Part shown: positions 28,164 through 37,386 of the stretch, piece after piece
Layout: each line of letters opens with the position of its first letter
How positions within the stretch are numbered: the first letter of the stretch is position 1
Assembly: GCA_018304425.1 (NCBI GenBank)
Contig: JAGVWE010000002.1
Span: forward strand, 416,001 to 480,000
Length of the DNA stretch: 64,000 nucleotides
Source of the DNA: Candidatus Iainarchaeum sp.
GTDB taxonomy: Archaea > Iainarchaeota > Iainarchaeia > Iainarchaeales > UBA10219
Reading direction: 5' to 3'
Made by a program: the position numbers and the translations under genes
The notes under the pieces: generated by a model
What the model saw: only the letters and a program-made list of their open reading frames with translations
Told to the model about the DNA's origin: nothing
Databases searched by the model: none

Positions 28164-29287
28164 TCCCTTGCCGCCTCCAAGGCGTCGTTTATTTTTTCGG
28201 CCAGGCGCTTCCAGGAAAACCTTCGCACCGCCAGCAGGTTCCGTTGTTCCACGGCATAGCGGTCATCACTGGCCAGCAACCCCAGCAGGCCCTCCGCCAG
28301 CGCCGCGGCATCCCCTTCCCCGGCCAACGCGTTTCCTTTTGGCAGCAGCCCAGCAACCAGCGCATAATCCGTTGCCACCACGGCCTTCCCACACGCCATG
28401 TACTCAAGCACCTTCAATGGCGAAAAATAGTAACCGTGTTTCTTGAACTCGCCCTTGCGGCTCCTGGAGACATTGTAGGGCGCCAAGCCCAGGCAAGAGG
28501 CGCTGATGGTTTCAGCCGTTTCCTCCAAGCCTTTCCTTCCAAGCCAGGCCACGTTTTTTTCCAGCCCCTTTTCCTTGATCAGCGCCTGGATAGCTTCGCG
28601 CCTAGGTCCATCCCCTACCAGGGCCACCACCAAGGAGGGCTTTTGCTTCCGGGCGAGGTCAATGGCTTCCATCAAGTCCTCCAAGCCATCCCATTCCTTG
28701 AACGAGCCCACATAGCAGGCATCATAGCAGATTCTGGTTTTGCGCGGCCTGAACACGGCAAGGTCAACGCCCGCGCTCACCAGCTCCACTTTTTTCCGGG
28801 TGTCCTCGTCAAAGAACCGGTCCGTGTAAGCGAACACTCGCTTGGCGCGGGCAAGCGAAGCCCGGGAAAAAAGATTGTCAATTACTTCCATGACCAGCGG
28901 CTTTCCCGTTGACCAGGATACCAGGCCGCCGATGCCGGACTGCGCGCGCTCGAGCAAGACGTCGCAACCCTCTTTTTCTGCGATCCGTGAAACCCTCCAG
29001 GCAAGCCAGAGGTTGCTCAAGGGCTTCAACACGAGCCCAAGCCAGGCAACGGGGCTTTGCTTGATTTTTTTCGCGGATACCACGCCGCCCCGAAACAACC
29101 GGTAAACCCGCAGCCCGTTGAGTTCCTCCACGCCTTTATCTGAGTCCCATCGCTCGCTCACCACCACCAAGTCGTTGCCCTGTTCCCTCAGTTCCCGGGC
29201 CAGATGATAGGTGTGGGTGGTGGAGCCAATGCCTTCAGAGAGCGCACTGCTTAGATGCGTGGTGGTGGCAATGTAGCAGACTTTCAT
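28160..29287 (-). CDS. GT4 family glycosyltransferase
   Basis: YVGSFKEWDG, VGDGP, SPLKVLEYMACGK. Confidence 0.92.
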   Translation of the reverse strand: MKVCYIATTTHLSSALSEGIGSTTHTYHLARELREQGNDLVVVSERWDSDKGVEELNGLRVYRLFRGGVVSAKKIKQSPVAWLGLVLKPLSNLWLAWRVSRIAEKEGCDVLLERAQSGIGGLVSWSTGKPLVMEVIDNLFSRASLARAKRVFAYTDRFFDEDTRKKVELVSAGVDLAVFRPRKTRICYDACYVGSFKEWDGLEDLMEAIDLARKQKPSLVVALVGDGPRREAIQALIKEKGLEKNVAWLGRKGLEETAETISASCLGLAPYNVSRSRKGEFKKHGYYFSPLKVLEYMACGKAVVATDYALVAGLLPKGNALAGEGDAAALAEGLLGLLASDDRYAVEQRNLLAVRRFSWKRLAEKINDALEAARE

Positions 29288-29299
29288 CGTGTTTCCCGC

Positions 29300-29911
29300 C
29301 TACACCTTCCTGGCCACATAGCACTGGTTGTAACCCCCGTACTTCAGCGGCCACGGCAGCACACACTGTACTTCTATCCGGGCAAACGGAATCCGGAAAA
29401 TAACGGTTTCCATTCGTTCAACCACGAACCCCGATTTTTCAAACAGGTTCTTGAACGAGATGGGGCAAAGGAACATGGTGTGGGTCTCCTCGCCTAACGT
29501 TCCCCTCCCGCTTGAAATAGTTCGCAGCACGCGGATGACATCATAGGGGTTCGGCGAACTCAGGAACACCTTCCCACCTTTCTTCAGGACGCGATGCACC
29601 TCATCAATGGTGTGCTTGGGTTCCCAGGTGTGCTCAATCATCTCAAACAAGCAGACGGCGTCAAACGACCCATCCTTGAACGGCATTTTCAACGCATTCG
29701 CCCGCACGGTGTTGCCCAGCCGCATTTCCGGGTTAAAAACCCGTTCACTGAGGTCCAGGCCGACAACCAGGGAACCCGGGTTCCTTGCCACCAACTGCTT
29801 GTGGAGGTATTCCCCGCCCGTGGTGTTCTTGGCGAACCCGATGTCCAGGATTTTCGTCCCGCGTGCGTGCCTAAGCGCCCACTCGAACCGGGCGTTTATT
29901 TTGTCCGTCAA
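29300..29911 (-). CDS. Class I SAM-dependent methyltransferase (type 11)
   Basis: ILDIGF, MPFKDGSFDAV..EMIEH, RVLKKGG; TTG start overlapping the upstream TGA. Confidence 0.9.
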   Translation of the reverse strand: MTDKINARFEWALRHARGTKILDIGFAKNTTGGEYLHKQLVARNPGSLVVGLDLSERVFNPEMRLGNTVRANALKMPFKDGSFDAVCLFEMIEHTWEPKHTIDEVHRVLKKGGKVFLSSPNPYDVIRVLRTISSGRGTLGEETHTMFLCPISFKNLFEKSGFVVERMETVIFRIPFARIEVQCVLPWPLKYGGYNQCYVARKV

Positions 29912-31035
29912 AGCAACCCCTTTTCCTTTAACTGTGTCAAAAAACGTTCCCCCAGTTTTTTTACGGTGTAGTTTTCTTTAAATAGGGCGAGGGCGTTTTG
30001 GCCGAGTTCCCGCCTCAATCCCGGTTTTTCCTTCAATTCCAGCACGGCCCTGGCAAGGGCGGCGGCATCGGCTTTCCCGACCAGCCAGGCCTGTTTTCCG
30101 TGGGTAACCCCAATGAACCGCGTGCCCGTGCTTTCCGCCGTTATCAGGGGCTTGCCAAAGGCCAGCGCTTCCCACACCTTGCCCGGCACATTGCTTTCCG
30201 TGCGAAGGCCGGTGCCAAATATCCCCAGCAGGACATCCGCGTCGTTGGCCGAGAAGTCAAGGTATTCCGGGATGTTTTGCCCGCCCAGGAATTCCACGTT
30301 TTCCAGGCCCAGGCGCCGGCTTTTTTCCTGCATTTCCTGGCTTTGCTGGCCAAAGCCCAGCAGCTTGAATTGCACGTCCTTTGCACCCTGGTCTTGCAGG
30401 ATTTTTGCGGCGTCCACGATGTATTCCACGCCCTGGTGGGGGATGAAAGAACCAACATAGCCGACAATGAATCCCTTGAACTTCTTCGGCCTGGGCTTCG
30501 GCTTTTCCCGTAAATAGCCTTGCGGCACCACTAGGAACTTGGCCCGGTCAGCGCCCGCCGTTTTCTCGAATAAATCGATGTGCATGGGGCTGTGCACGAC
30601 GATGGCGTCGGCCAGCCGGCAGGGCACCCAGTCATAGAGCCGGATTATTTTTTCCTTGAGCGAGCCCCTTCGCGCCAGCTTCCGGTCTTCCACCATCGTG
30701 ACATACTGGGGGTCCATGGGATTGTACACCAATGGTTTTCCCTTCAGCCAGCAAACCAGTTTTGCCAGTGGCACGTCATAGAAGCAGGGGAAGTTCACCA
30801 TCGCGAAGTCGAATTCCTGGAAAAGGTTTTTTGCCAGCAAGCGCAGGCCCCGCCAAAACGATTCCAGGAAAATAAAGGGGAAATGCTTGTACGCTGAATA
30901 CGTGAACCTGCTTTTCTCGATGCAGCCGTTGACGACTTCCACGTCATTGGATGTCAGGTAATGCCAGTAATGCGTGCACCCGATCACGGTTCCATTCGGG
31001 TTTCCATCCCAGCCTCCGATGAACAGCGCCTTCAA
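29908..31035 (-). CDS. GT4 family glycosyltransferase
   Basis: YVGSFIPHQG, LGIFG..VPGKVWEALAFGKP. Confidence 0.9.
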   Translation of the reverse strand: MKALFIGGWDGNPNGTVIGCTHYWHYLTSNDVEVVNGCIEKSRFTYSAYKHFPFIFLESFWRGLRLLAKNLFQEFDFAMVNFPCFYDVPLAKLVCWLKGKPLVYNPMDPQYVTMVEDRKLARRGSLKEKIIRLYDWVPCRLADAIVVHSPMHIDLFEKTAGADRAKFLVVPQGYLREKPKPRPKKFKGFIVGYVGSFIPHQGVEYIVDAAKILQDQGAKDVQFKLLGFGQQSQEMQEKSRRLGLENVEFLGGQNIPEYLDFSANDADVLLGIFGTGLRTESNVPGKVWEALAFGKPLITAESTGTRFIGVTHGKQAWLVGKADAAALARAVLELKEKPGLRRELGQNALALFKENYTVKKLGERFLTQLKEKGLL

Positions 31036-32168
31036 AGAAGCCCCCCAAACGCCTTGGAATAGTTCTTGGCAATGGTTTCCCAGTCAAAGGCTTTCGCCGC
31101 CTTGACTCCGTTGGCGGCCAGCCGCCTTGCCAGGCCAGGGTCATCATGGATTTGCAGGATGGCTTCCGCTAACTCTTCCGGGTTCCTGGGCTCAACCAGT
31201 AACCCGGTTTGGTTGTTCGTGATTATTTCCCTGGTTCCCCCCTGTCGGGTGGCAATCACGGGGATACCTGCCGCCATGGCCTCCAGGCAGACCTTCCCCG
31301 TTGGCTCCAGGATGGAGGGCAGCACGAAGGCGTCCGCGTCCGCGTATATTTCGGGCAACATGGCATACGGCACTTCGCTGACCAACTCGATGCGGTAACT
31401 CGCGCCGCTCCGGTCAATTTCCCGGATGAGGGGCACAAAGTCATCGTCGGTTTTCATGCAGCCAACCAGGCGCAACCGAAGGTCCTTGTCCTTGAGGAGG
31501 GCCATGGCCCGCACCAAATACGTCAACCCCTTTTTTTGGGCCGCCCGCCCGACATAGAGGAGCACGAAATTCTTGCGGCCCTGTTTTTCCCTTGCCGGTT
31601 GCCTGCCTTCATTGAACCGCTTGAAGTCAACGCCTGTGCGCACCACTTGCACCCGGTCCGCGCTCACGCCGCCAGCTCTGACTTCTTCCACAATAAAGTC
31701 CGCAATCGGCAGCACCAAATCCACTTGCCTGGCCAGGAACCGCGCCAACACCCCATATTCCCAGGCGTTCAACCACGCCTTCCAGCCCCGCAAGAATCCG
31801 TGTCGGCCTTCGTTCAGGGAAGTGTGCAGGGACAGCACGTACTTTGCGTTCACCTTCTGTCTTGCGAGCGGGAACAACCATCCGAAGGGAACCAGTTGCA
31901 GGCCGTGCACGACCTCGGGCTTGAACCCGGATTCCTTTACCGCTTGCAGCAAGGCCATTCCCCCAAAGAGCCGGAACAACGGTGGTTTCCCCACATAATG
32001 CAGGATGAAGCCGTTCACTTGCTTTACCTCCGGTTTCCCCTTCCTCAACGCGAACACGTGCACGTCATGGCCTTGCCTGGCCTGCCACCCCGAGACAAAA
32101 TAAATGTTGGGGTTCAAACCGGAAGTTGCATCCTCGTGGAAGCCACCCACCAGCCTGGCAATCTTCAT
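31032..32168 (-). CDS. GT4 family glycosyltransferase
   Basis: YVGRAAQKKG, EPTGKVCLEAMAAGIP. Confidence 0.93.
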   Translation of the reverse strand: MKIARLVGGFHEDATSGLNPNIYFVSGWQARQGHDVHVFALRKGKPEVKQVNGFILHYVGKPPLFRLFGGMALLQAVKESGFKPEVVHGLQLVPFGWLFPLARQKVNAKYVLSLHTSLNEGRHGFLRGWKAWLNAWEYGVLARFLARQVDLVLPIADFIVEEVRAGGVSADRVQVVRTGVDFKRFNEGRQPAREKQGRKNFVLLYVGRAAQKKGLTYLVRAMALLKDKDLRLRLVGCMKTDDDFVPLIREIDRSGASYRIELVSEVPYAMLPEIYADADAFVLPSILEPTGKVCLEAMAAGIPVIATRQGGTREIITNNQTGLLVEPRNPEELAEAILQIHDDPGLARRLAANGVKAAKAFDWETIAKNYSKAFGGLL

Positions 32169-33295
32169 GCGTGCAGCCCCCCAGCCAATTCTACCAGGGC
32201 TTCCTCAAAGGATGGAAGCCGGGCCTGCACCGACTTCATGACTTCCTTGGACGCACGCCCCATGCCTTCCCGCAGTTCCTTGGAAGCAGCCAGTTTTTGC
32301 ATGGCTGCCAGCAGTTCCCGTGGGTCATCCGGTTTTATGACAAAGCTATTCACGCCGTTCACCGCATAATCGTAGGCGGCCCCGACATCCTCCGTGGTGA
32401 TGAGCGGCAAGCCCGCCGCACAAGCCTCGATGAGGGAAAACCCGTTGGGCTCGGATTTGCCAACGAATACGAATACATCAGCCGCTTCATAGTAGGCTTT
32501 CAGGTTCGAGTCCGTGTATTCGATGAAGTCCACGAAGTGGACCTCGGTCAGACCCCTTTTCAGGCAATGCGCCATGAGCTTTTTCCTGTCCCTTCCATAC
32601 CCCACCAGCACCAGGCAGGTTTCCGACCGGTCTTTTCGGAGCTCGCTGAACGCCTCAATCACCATGGAAAGGTTCTTGCGTTCGGCCAGAACCCGGCCCG
32701 TGTACAAGAACATCGTTTTCTCTTCCACCTGCAATTGCTTTCGCACATCCGACGCGGTGCGGGTACCGGCCGCTTCATGTAATTGAATGCATTGCCTGGG
32801 ATAAAACACCCTGATTTTTTCCGGCCTAACGCCCAGGCTGGCAAAGTACTCGGCTTGCTTGCGCCCGGTAACCAAGTAAGCGTCCGCCTGGTCCAGGAAC
32901 AGGTTCGTGCATTGGGTTAACAGCCGGCTCTTCAAGCCCAGTCTCCGCTTCCGTTCCTTCCATTTCCACCGGTCGCTCAGAAAGGCGACCGGTATGCCCA
33001 GGAGCTTGCATAAAATGAACGTGCCCTTGAACTCCGGAAAATAGTCGATGCCGGTCATGACCAGGTCATATTTTCCTTGAATGATTTCCTTCCACATCTT
33101 CAGCAACCCGATTCGTTCAAAATCGACGCCATTCTTCCACAGTGCCTCCTCGGTCAGCGGCTCCATATACCCCACAAAATACTTGATGTGCGCCTTTCCC
33201 GGTTCCACGGGCAAGGGAAGCGTGTACCGGTTCAGGGAATGCTTTACTACCAAAATCCTCGGTTTAATGGCTTTTCCCGCGTCCTTCATACCCAT
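32165..33295 (-). CDS. GT4 family glycosyltransferase
   Basis: YTGRV..RK, EPNGFSLIEACAAGLP. Confidence 0.92.
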   Translation of the reverse strand: MGMKDAGKAIKPRILVVKHSLNRYTLPLPVEPGKAHIKYFVGYMEPLTEEALWKNGVDFERIGLLKMWKEIIQGKYDLVMTGIDYFPEFKGTFILCKLLGIPVAFLSDRWKWKERKRRLGLKSRLLTQCTNLFLDQADAYLVTGRKQAEYFASLGVRPEKIRVFYPRQCIQLHEAAGTRTASDVRKQLQVEEKTMFLYTGRVLAERKNLSMVIEAFSELRKDRSETCLVLVGYGRDRKKLMAHCLKRGLTEVHFVDFIEYTDSNLKAYYEAADVFVFVGKSEPNGFSLIEACAAGLPLITTEDVGAAYDYAVNGVNSFVIKPDDPRELLAAMQKLAASKELREGMGRASKEVMKSVQARLPSFEEALVELAGGLHA

Positions 33296-33393
33296 GCTGG
33301 CCCCACAATTCTTTAATACCGGAAGGCCAAAAAAGGGGGGTTTCCGGCCCTTCTTTAAAAACTAAGCTGCTCGAATACCTATTACGGGTGGTT

Positions 33394-35358
33394 ATGGCCT
33401 TGAAACCCTTTGTTTCGGTTTTAGTTCCTGCACTGAACGAGGAAAGGTATTTGCGTCAATCCCTGGCTTCCCTCCTGGCCCAAACCCATCAACGCATGGA
33501 AATAATCGTGTTATACGACCAGGCTTCCACGGATAAAACCCTGGCCCTTGCCCAATCCTTTGAACCCAGGTTGCACGTGGTTTCCCTGCCGCACATGCCC
33601 ATTTCAAGGGCTTTAAACGAGGGCCTTGCCCGTACCCAAGGAGACCTCGTTTTTTACGCGGAAGCCGATTGCCTCTACAACCCCCAAACCATTGAACTCG
33701 CCGTGAAACCCTTTGAGGACCCAGGCGTAGGCGGCGTAGCCATCCTGGGCCGCTACTATGGAGTCAAAGGCCTCTGGGGCAAGGCCCAGGACGAGTTCCA
33801 AGTCATCCGCGACGAATGGTTTCTCTCCGGGCAACGCCCCCTCAACTGGTGCTACTTCTACCGCCGCACCGTGCTCGAAGAGTTAAAGGGATTCAATGAA
33901 AACCTGTTGCAAGGCGAGGACCAGTTCCTTGCCCGTGAAATCAAGGCCCGCGGCTACAAAATAGTCTGCATCCGGGAACGGTTGAGGCAGCACGCCATCT
34001 CCGGTTCCATCAATGACCCCGTGAAGACCGCAACCTCGTCCATGCGAACCGCCTACCTTCACGCCATCCAGTCCTTCAGCCCCCAGAGCATCCGCAAGCG
34101 CTTGCTCTTCCTTGCCTTGCTCGCCGCGGGCGCGGTCTTTTCCTGGCATTACGCGAGCCCCTGGCCACTTGCCTTGCCCCCGCTCCTCGCCTACCTATAC
34201 AATTTCCTGAAACTGCTGCCCGTCGCTTCCCGGTTCTCCGCTTCCACGCTTTTCCTGGCGCCCTTCATCTCCATGTACAAGGCATTCTTCTACGCCCTTG
34301 GTTACCTCCAGGGATTCCTGTCACGCCCCTTTGTCTCGGTTTCCCACGAGTCACGCGAGCACGCCGGCGTTCCAGCCACCGGTCTCAAGGTCCTGATGTT
34401 CGGCAAGTCCAAGCGCGGCGGCTTCTATTATTACACGACGCTACTGGAAGAGGCATTGGCCAAGCAGGGCGTGCAGTGCACGAACAACTGGCGCGAGTTG
34501 TTCCAGGCCGACCTGGTCCACTACCAGTTCGATGACTTGTTCCCCCTGCACCGCTTCAAGCTGCTGGGTTTCCTGTTCCTGGCCAGGCTCTTCGGCAAGC
34601 CCGTGGTGGTTACCGCCCACAACCCGGTTGCGCGTAGAACCAGGAACCCGTTGAAGTACCTGTTCTACCACCTCGCCAACCGCCTCATCGTCCACAACGA
34701 AACCACCTGGGCTTTTTCGTCCAAGGCCAGCGTCATCCCCCACGGCAACTACTGCTTTTACCTGGCCCATGCCAGCGGCCTCTCCAAGGCCGAACTCAAA
34801 CGGAAATGGAATTCCCCCTATCCTTACACGGTTCTATCCTATGGCACCATCCGCCGCAACCGCAACTATCCCCTCACCCTGGAAATCCTTGCCTTGCTCC
34901 GCCAATCCGGCCTTGACGTGGGCCTGCTCATTGCCGGCAACGCCAGCGAGGTGAAGCCGACTGACTGCGGCCTGGCCCGCCTCCCGGATTACGTGCGCCT
35001 CTACTGCAAATACCTGTCCGAAGCCGAGACCCACGAGTTGTTCACGCTGGCGGATGCCGTGCTCTTGACCAACTCGGAGCACGACCACTCTGGAATCCCC
35101 CACATCGCGCATTGCTTCCGGAAGCCAGTCATCGCCCCCCAATGCCTGGGACACCAGACCCGGTTTGTCGCCTCCACCAAAGAACAATTCGTTTCCCTCC
35201 TCCGCGAAGTCCTGGCGAACCCACCAAATATGGAAAGGGAACGCAAGCGGGAGCTGACCGACTTCGACTGGCAAAGAATAGCGGCCTCCACAGCTGAACT
35301 CTATCGTTCCATGGTCAGGAAAAAAGAAGGCGCGCAACCCGGTTCAGCAGGGAACTGA
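33394..35358 (+). CDS. Fused GT2 + transmembrane helices + GT4-like glycosyltransferase
   Basis: N-terminal PALNEE/STDKT/EAD/GED; hydrophobic middle; C-terminal TAHN, IPHGNY, YGTIRRNR, SGIPHIA, FDWQRIA. Confidence 0.88.
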   Translation: MALKPFVSVLVPALNEERYLRQSLASLLAQTHQRMEIIVLYDQASTDKTLALAQSFEPRLHVVSLPHMPISRALNEGLARTQGDLVFYAEADCLYNPQTIELAVKPFEDPGVGGVAILGRYYGVKGLWGKAQDEFQVIRDEWFLSGQRPLNWCYFYRRTVLEELKGFNENLLQGEDQFLAREIKARGYKIVCIRERLRQHAISGSINDPVKTATSSMRTAYLHAIQSFSPQSIRKRLLFLALLAAGAVFSWHYASPWPLALPPLLAYLYNFLKLLPVASRFSASTLFLAPFISMYKAFFYALGYLQGFLSRPFVSVSHESREHAGVPATGLKVLMFGKSKRGGFYYYTTLLEEALAKQGVQCTNNWRELFQADLVHYQFDDLFPLHRFKLLGFLFLARLFGKPVVVTAHNPVARRTRNPLKYLFYHLANRLIVHNETTWAFSSKASVIPHGNYCFYLAHASGLSKAELKRKWNSPYPYTVLSYGTIRRNRNYPLTLEILALLRQSGLDVGLLIAGNASEVKPTDCGLARLPDYVRLYCKYLSEAETHELFTLADAVLLTNSEHDHSGIPHIAHCFRKPVIAPQCLGHQTRFVASTKEQFVSLLREVLANPPNMERERKRELTDFDWQRIAASTAELYRSMVRKKEGAQPGSAGN

Positions 35359-35722
35359 ACCCCTTGTACTGTGGGGTCTTTCCCAGGGCGGTTCGGTACG
35401 CGTTATACATCATCAGCCCATAACCTATCAACAGGTAGAGGCCCAGCCCATAGCCGAGGACCTGGCTGGCCACATCCCATTCCATCAGCCAAACCAAGTA
35501 TCTCAGGGCCGAACCCACCGTGAAAATCCCGGGAACCACTAACTGGGCAGCCACCCCGGTTTTCACGGTTTCCTCCAGCGAAGCCGTTTTGTTCACGAAG
35601 TAGGGCATGCAGAGGATGGCCGCAAACCCACCAACCACCGGCACGTGCATGAGTGCGGCAAAGTACTTGGAGTGCACGATTCCCGAAAACAAGGTTTTCG
35701 CTTTTTCTTTTACACCCGCCAT
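35315..35722 (-). CDS. Small membrane protein, DUF4870/Tic20-like topology
   Basis: AALMHVPVVG, A..Q, hydrophobic helices, AYRTALGKTPQY pattern. Confidence 0.6.
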   Translation of the reverse strand: MAGVKEKAKTLFSGIVHSKYFAALMHVPVVGGFAAILCMPYFVNKTASLEETVKTGVAAQLVVPGIFTVGSALRYLVWLMEWDVASQVLGYGLGLYLLIGYGLMMYNAYRTALGKTPQYKGFSSLLNRVARLLFS

Positions 35723-35815
35723 TTTTCCACGCTACTGATTCTAGGTTCAACCCCTTATTAATTTTATTCCACCCCCCCAAAACCGTTTTTTAAAGGCTTG
35801 CCCGCCAATCCATCC

Positions 35816-36709
35816 ATGGCTTCCCGGTTCCACTTCCTGCAGCGACTGGCCTTGTTTTTCGTCCTCTCCGCCGGCATCCTGTTCTTCAACTATTCCCTGG
35901 AATTGTCCGAGCCCCTCAAACCCCTGATGTCCCACGCCTTTTACGCCAGCGAATTCGCCCTGATTTTCTTTCTCCTGGCCCGGAAAAAACTCAAAGCATT
36001 TCCTCTGCTAAAAGAATCCACTCCCCCGTCCCCTTCCGGGTCCCTGGCCCTGGCCTTACTTGGCCTGCTCGCGTTCGGGGCCCGGCTCGCCCTGGAAACC
36101 GGGTTGCTCCGTCCATTGCTTTCCGGTGCCGGCTTCCTCTTTTTGTTGGCCTCCCTGGTAGGCTGGTACAACCTGGGAAAAACCCTGCAGGCCTTCAAAA
36201 AAGAACTCCTGCTTTCCACGCTCTTCCTGGGCTTTGTCGCCTTCCTATGGCAAGTCTTTTACACGCACTGGCTTTACCTGGGCACCTTCACCGCGACCCT
36301 GGTGGCGCGCCTCCTCGACCTCTCCTTTGGAAGCGCGGTGCTTGACCTAAGCAACCCAGAATTTCCCATCGTTGGCCGGCAGCCCTTCATCGCAATCATT
36401 TACCCCGAGTGCTCGGGCATCCAGTCCCTCCTCCTGTTCTCCGCACTCTTCTTCCTGGCCTGGGCCACCGACTTCTCCGCCATCGACCGGAGGAAAGCGC
36501 TGGCCGCCTATGCCCTGGGTATGCTCGGCATGTTCCTGGTAACAGTTGCCCGCATCTACCTCATCATCGCGGCCGGCATCCTGTTCTCAGTAGATTTTGC
36601 CGTCCAATTCGTGCACAGTGCCATCAGCCTGCTCCTATTCATCCTCTACTTTGCCTTCTACTGGAGACTCGCCTTCCGCAGAATCCAAGTCAGGGGAAAG
36701 GCACCCTAA
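35816..36709 (+). CDS. Exosortase/archaeosortase family membrane transpeptidase
   Basis: Multi-TM; IYPECSG (Cys), VARI (Arg), FVH (His) triad in family-typical order. Confidence 0.88.
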   Translation: MASRFHFLQRLALFFVLSAGILFFNYSLELSEPLKPLMSHAFYASEFALIFFLLARKKLKAFPLLKESTPPSPSGSLALALLGLLAFGARLALETGLLRPLLSGAGFLFLLASLVGWYNLGKTLQAFKKELLLSTLFLGFVAFLWQVFYTHWLYLGTFTATLVARLLDLSFGSAVLDLSNPEFPIVGRQPFIAIIYPECSGIQSLLLFSALFFLAWATDFSAIDRRKALAAYALGMLGMFLVTVARIYLIIAAGILFSVDFAVQFVHSAISLLLFILYFAFYWRLAFRRIQVRGKAP

Positions 36710-37242
36710 GCGCCAGGCCACAGGAACAAATTCAATGTACGGGCCAGCACTTCGCCTTCCACGTTGATGACGTACAAGAAATAGATGAAGGCAATCGCCG
36801 TGTACACGACCTGCTTCTGGTATTTGTGCAGCAGGTGGCGGAGAAAGTCCAGCCCATAGATGAAGACGAACAAGCACACCAGGGCGAGGCCAGTCAGCAC
36901 GCGGTTCAAGGGCGTGCCAGGCGGAAGCGAGAACCGGTAGCCCAGGCCAAGCAAGGCAACGACGAGGAAAGGCAGGCCGGTTCCCAATTCCAGGGTGTGC
37001 CTGGGCACCCTGCGCAACAGCTTCCACGAGAACAAGCAAAACAACGCGAACAAAATGCTTTGCTGCAGGATAGGGAAAAGCGCCGAAGAAACCGGGTGCT
37101 CCAGCCGGCCCACATACATCGAGTAAAGCAACGCAAACTCAACCACCAAGAAAGCCGCGGTCTTTGCCACCAAACCCTGGAAGCCCGGGCTCCTCAGATT
37201 ATGCGCGAGGTTCCCGAAAAACCAGTCCCCATACCTTGTCAT
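36706..37242 (-). CDS. Membrane protein resembling the N-terminal non-catalytic half of the adjacent exosortase
   Basis: ~5 TM; aligns by eye with exosortase residues ~8-160; no Cys/Arg/His triad; TTTAAA box 23 nt upstream. Confidence 0.65.
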   Translation of the reverse strand: MTRYGDWFFGNLAHNLRSPGFQGLVAKTAAFLVVEFALLYSMYVGRLEHPVSSALFPILQQSILFALFCLFSWKLLRRVPRHTLELGTGLPFLVVALLGLGYRFSLPPGTPLNRVLTGLALVCLFVFIYGLDFLRHLLHKYQKQVVYTAIAFIYFLYVINVEGEVLARTLNLFLWPGA

Positions 37243-37269
37243 GGCATAGAATACGACTTAACTCCTTTA

Positions 37270-37383
37270 AAGCCTTTTTGGCTTCGCCAAAAAGCCTCAT
37301 GGTCCACTTCGTGGACAATGCCTCGTCTCCCCTGTGGGGGAGACAAGGTGGGCAAACCAGCCTTCGGCTTAAGCCTTTTTGGC
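37270..37383. repeat. Intergenic element of four hairpins flanked by a 13-bp direct repeat AAGCCTTTTTGGC
   Basis: Stems at 37274-37294, 37302-37316, 37325-37344, 37359-37369; direct repeats at 37270-37282 and 37371-37383. Confidence 0.85.
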
Positions 37384-37386
37384 CCA

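Noticed and set aside
37270-37383. Hairpin cluster read as a tRNA or mini-CRISPR
   Set aside because: No acceptor stem or T-loop consensus; only two 13-bp repeats, too short and too few for an array, and no cas genes
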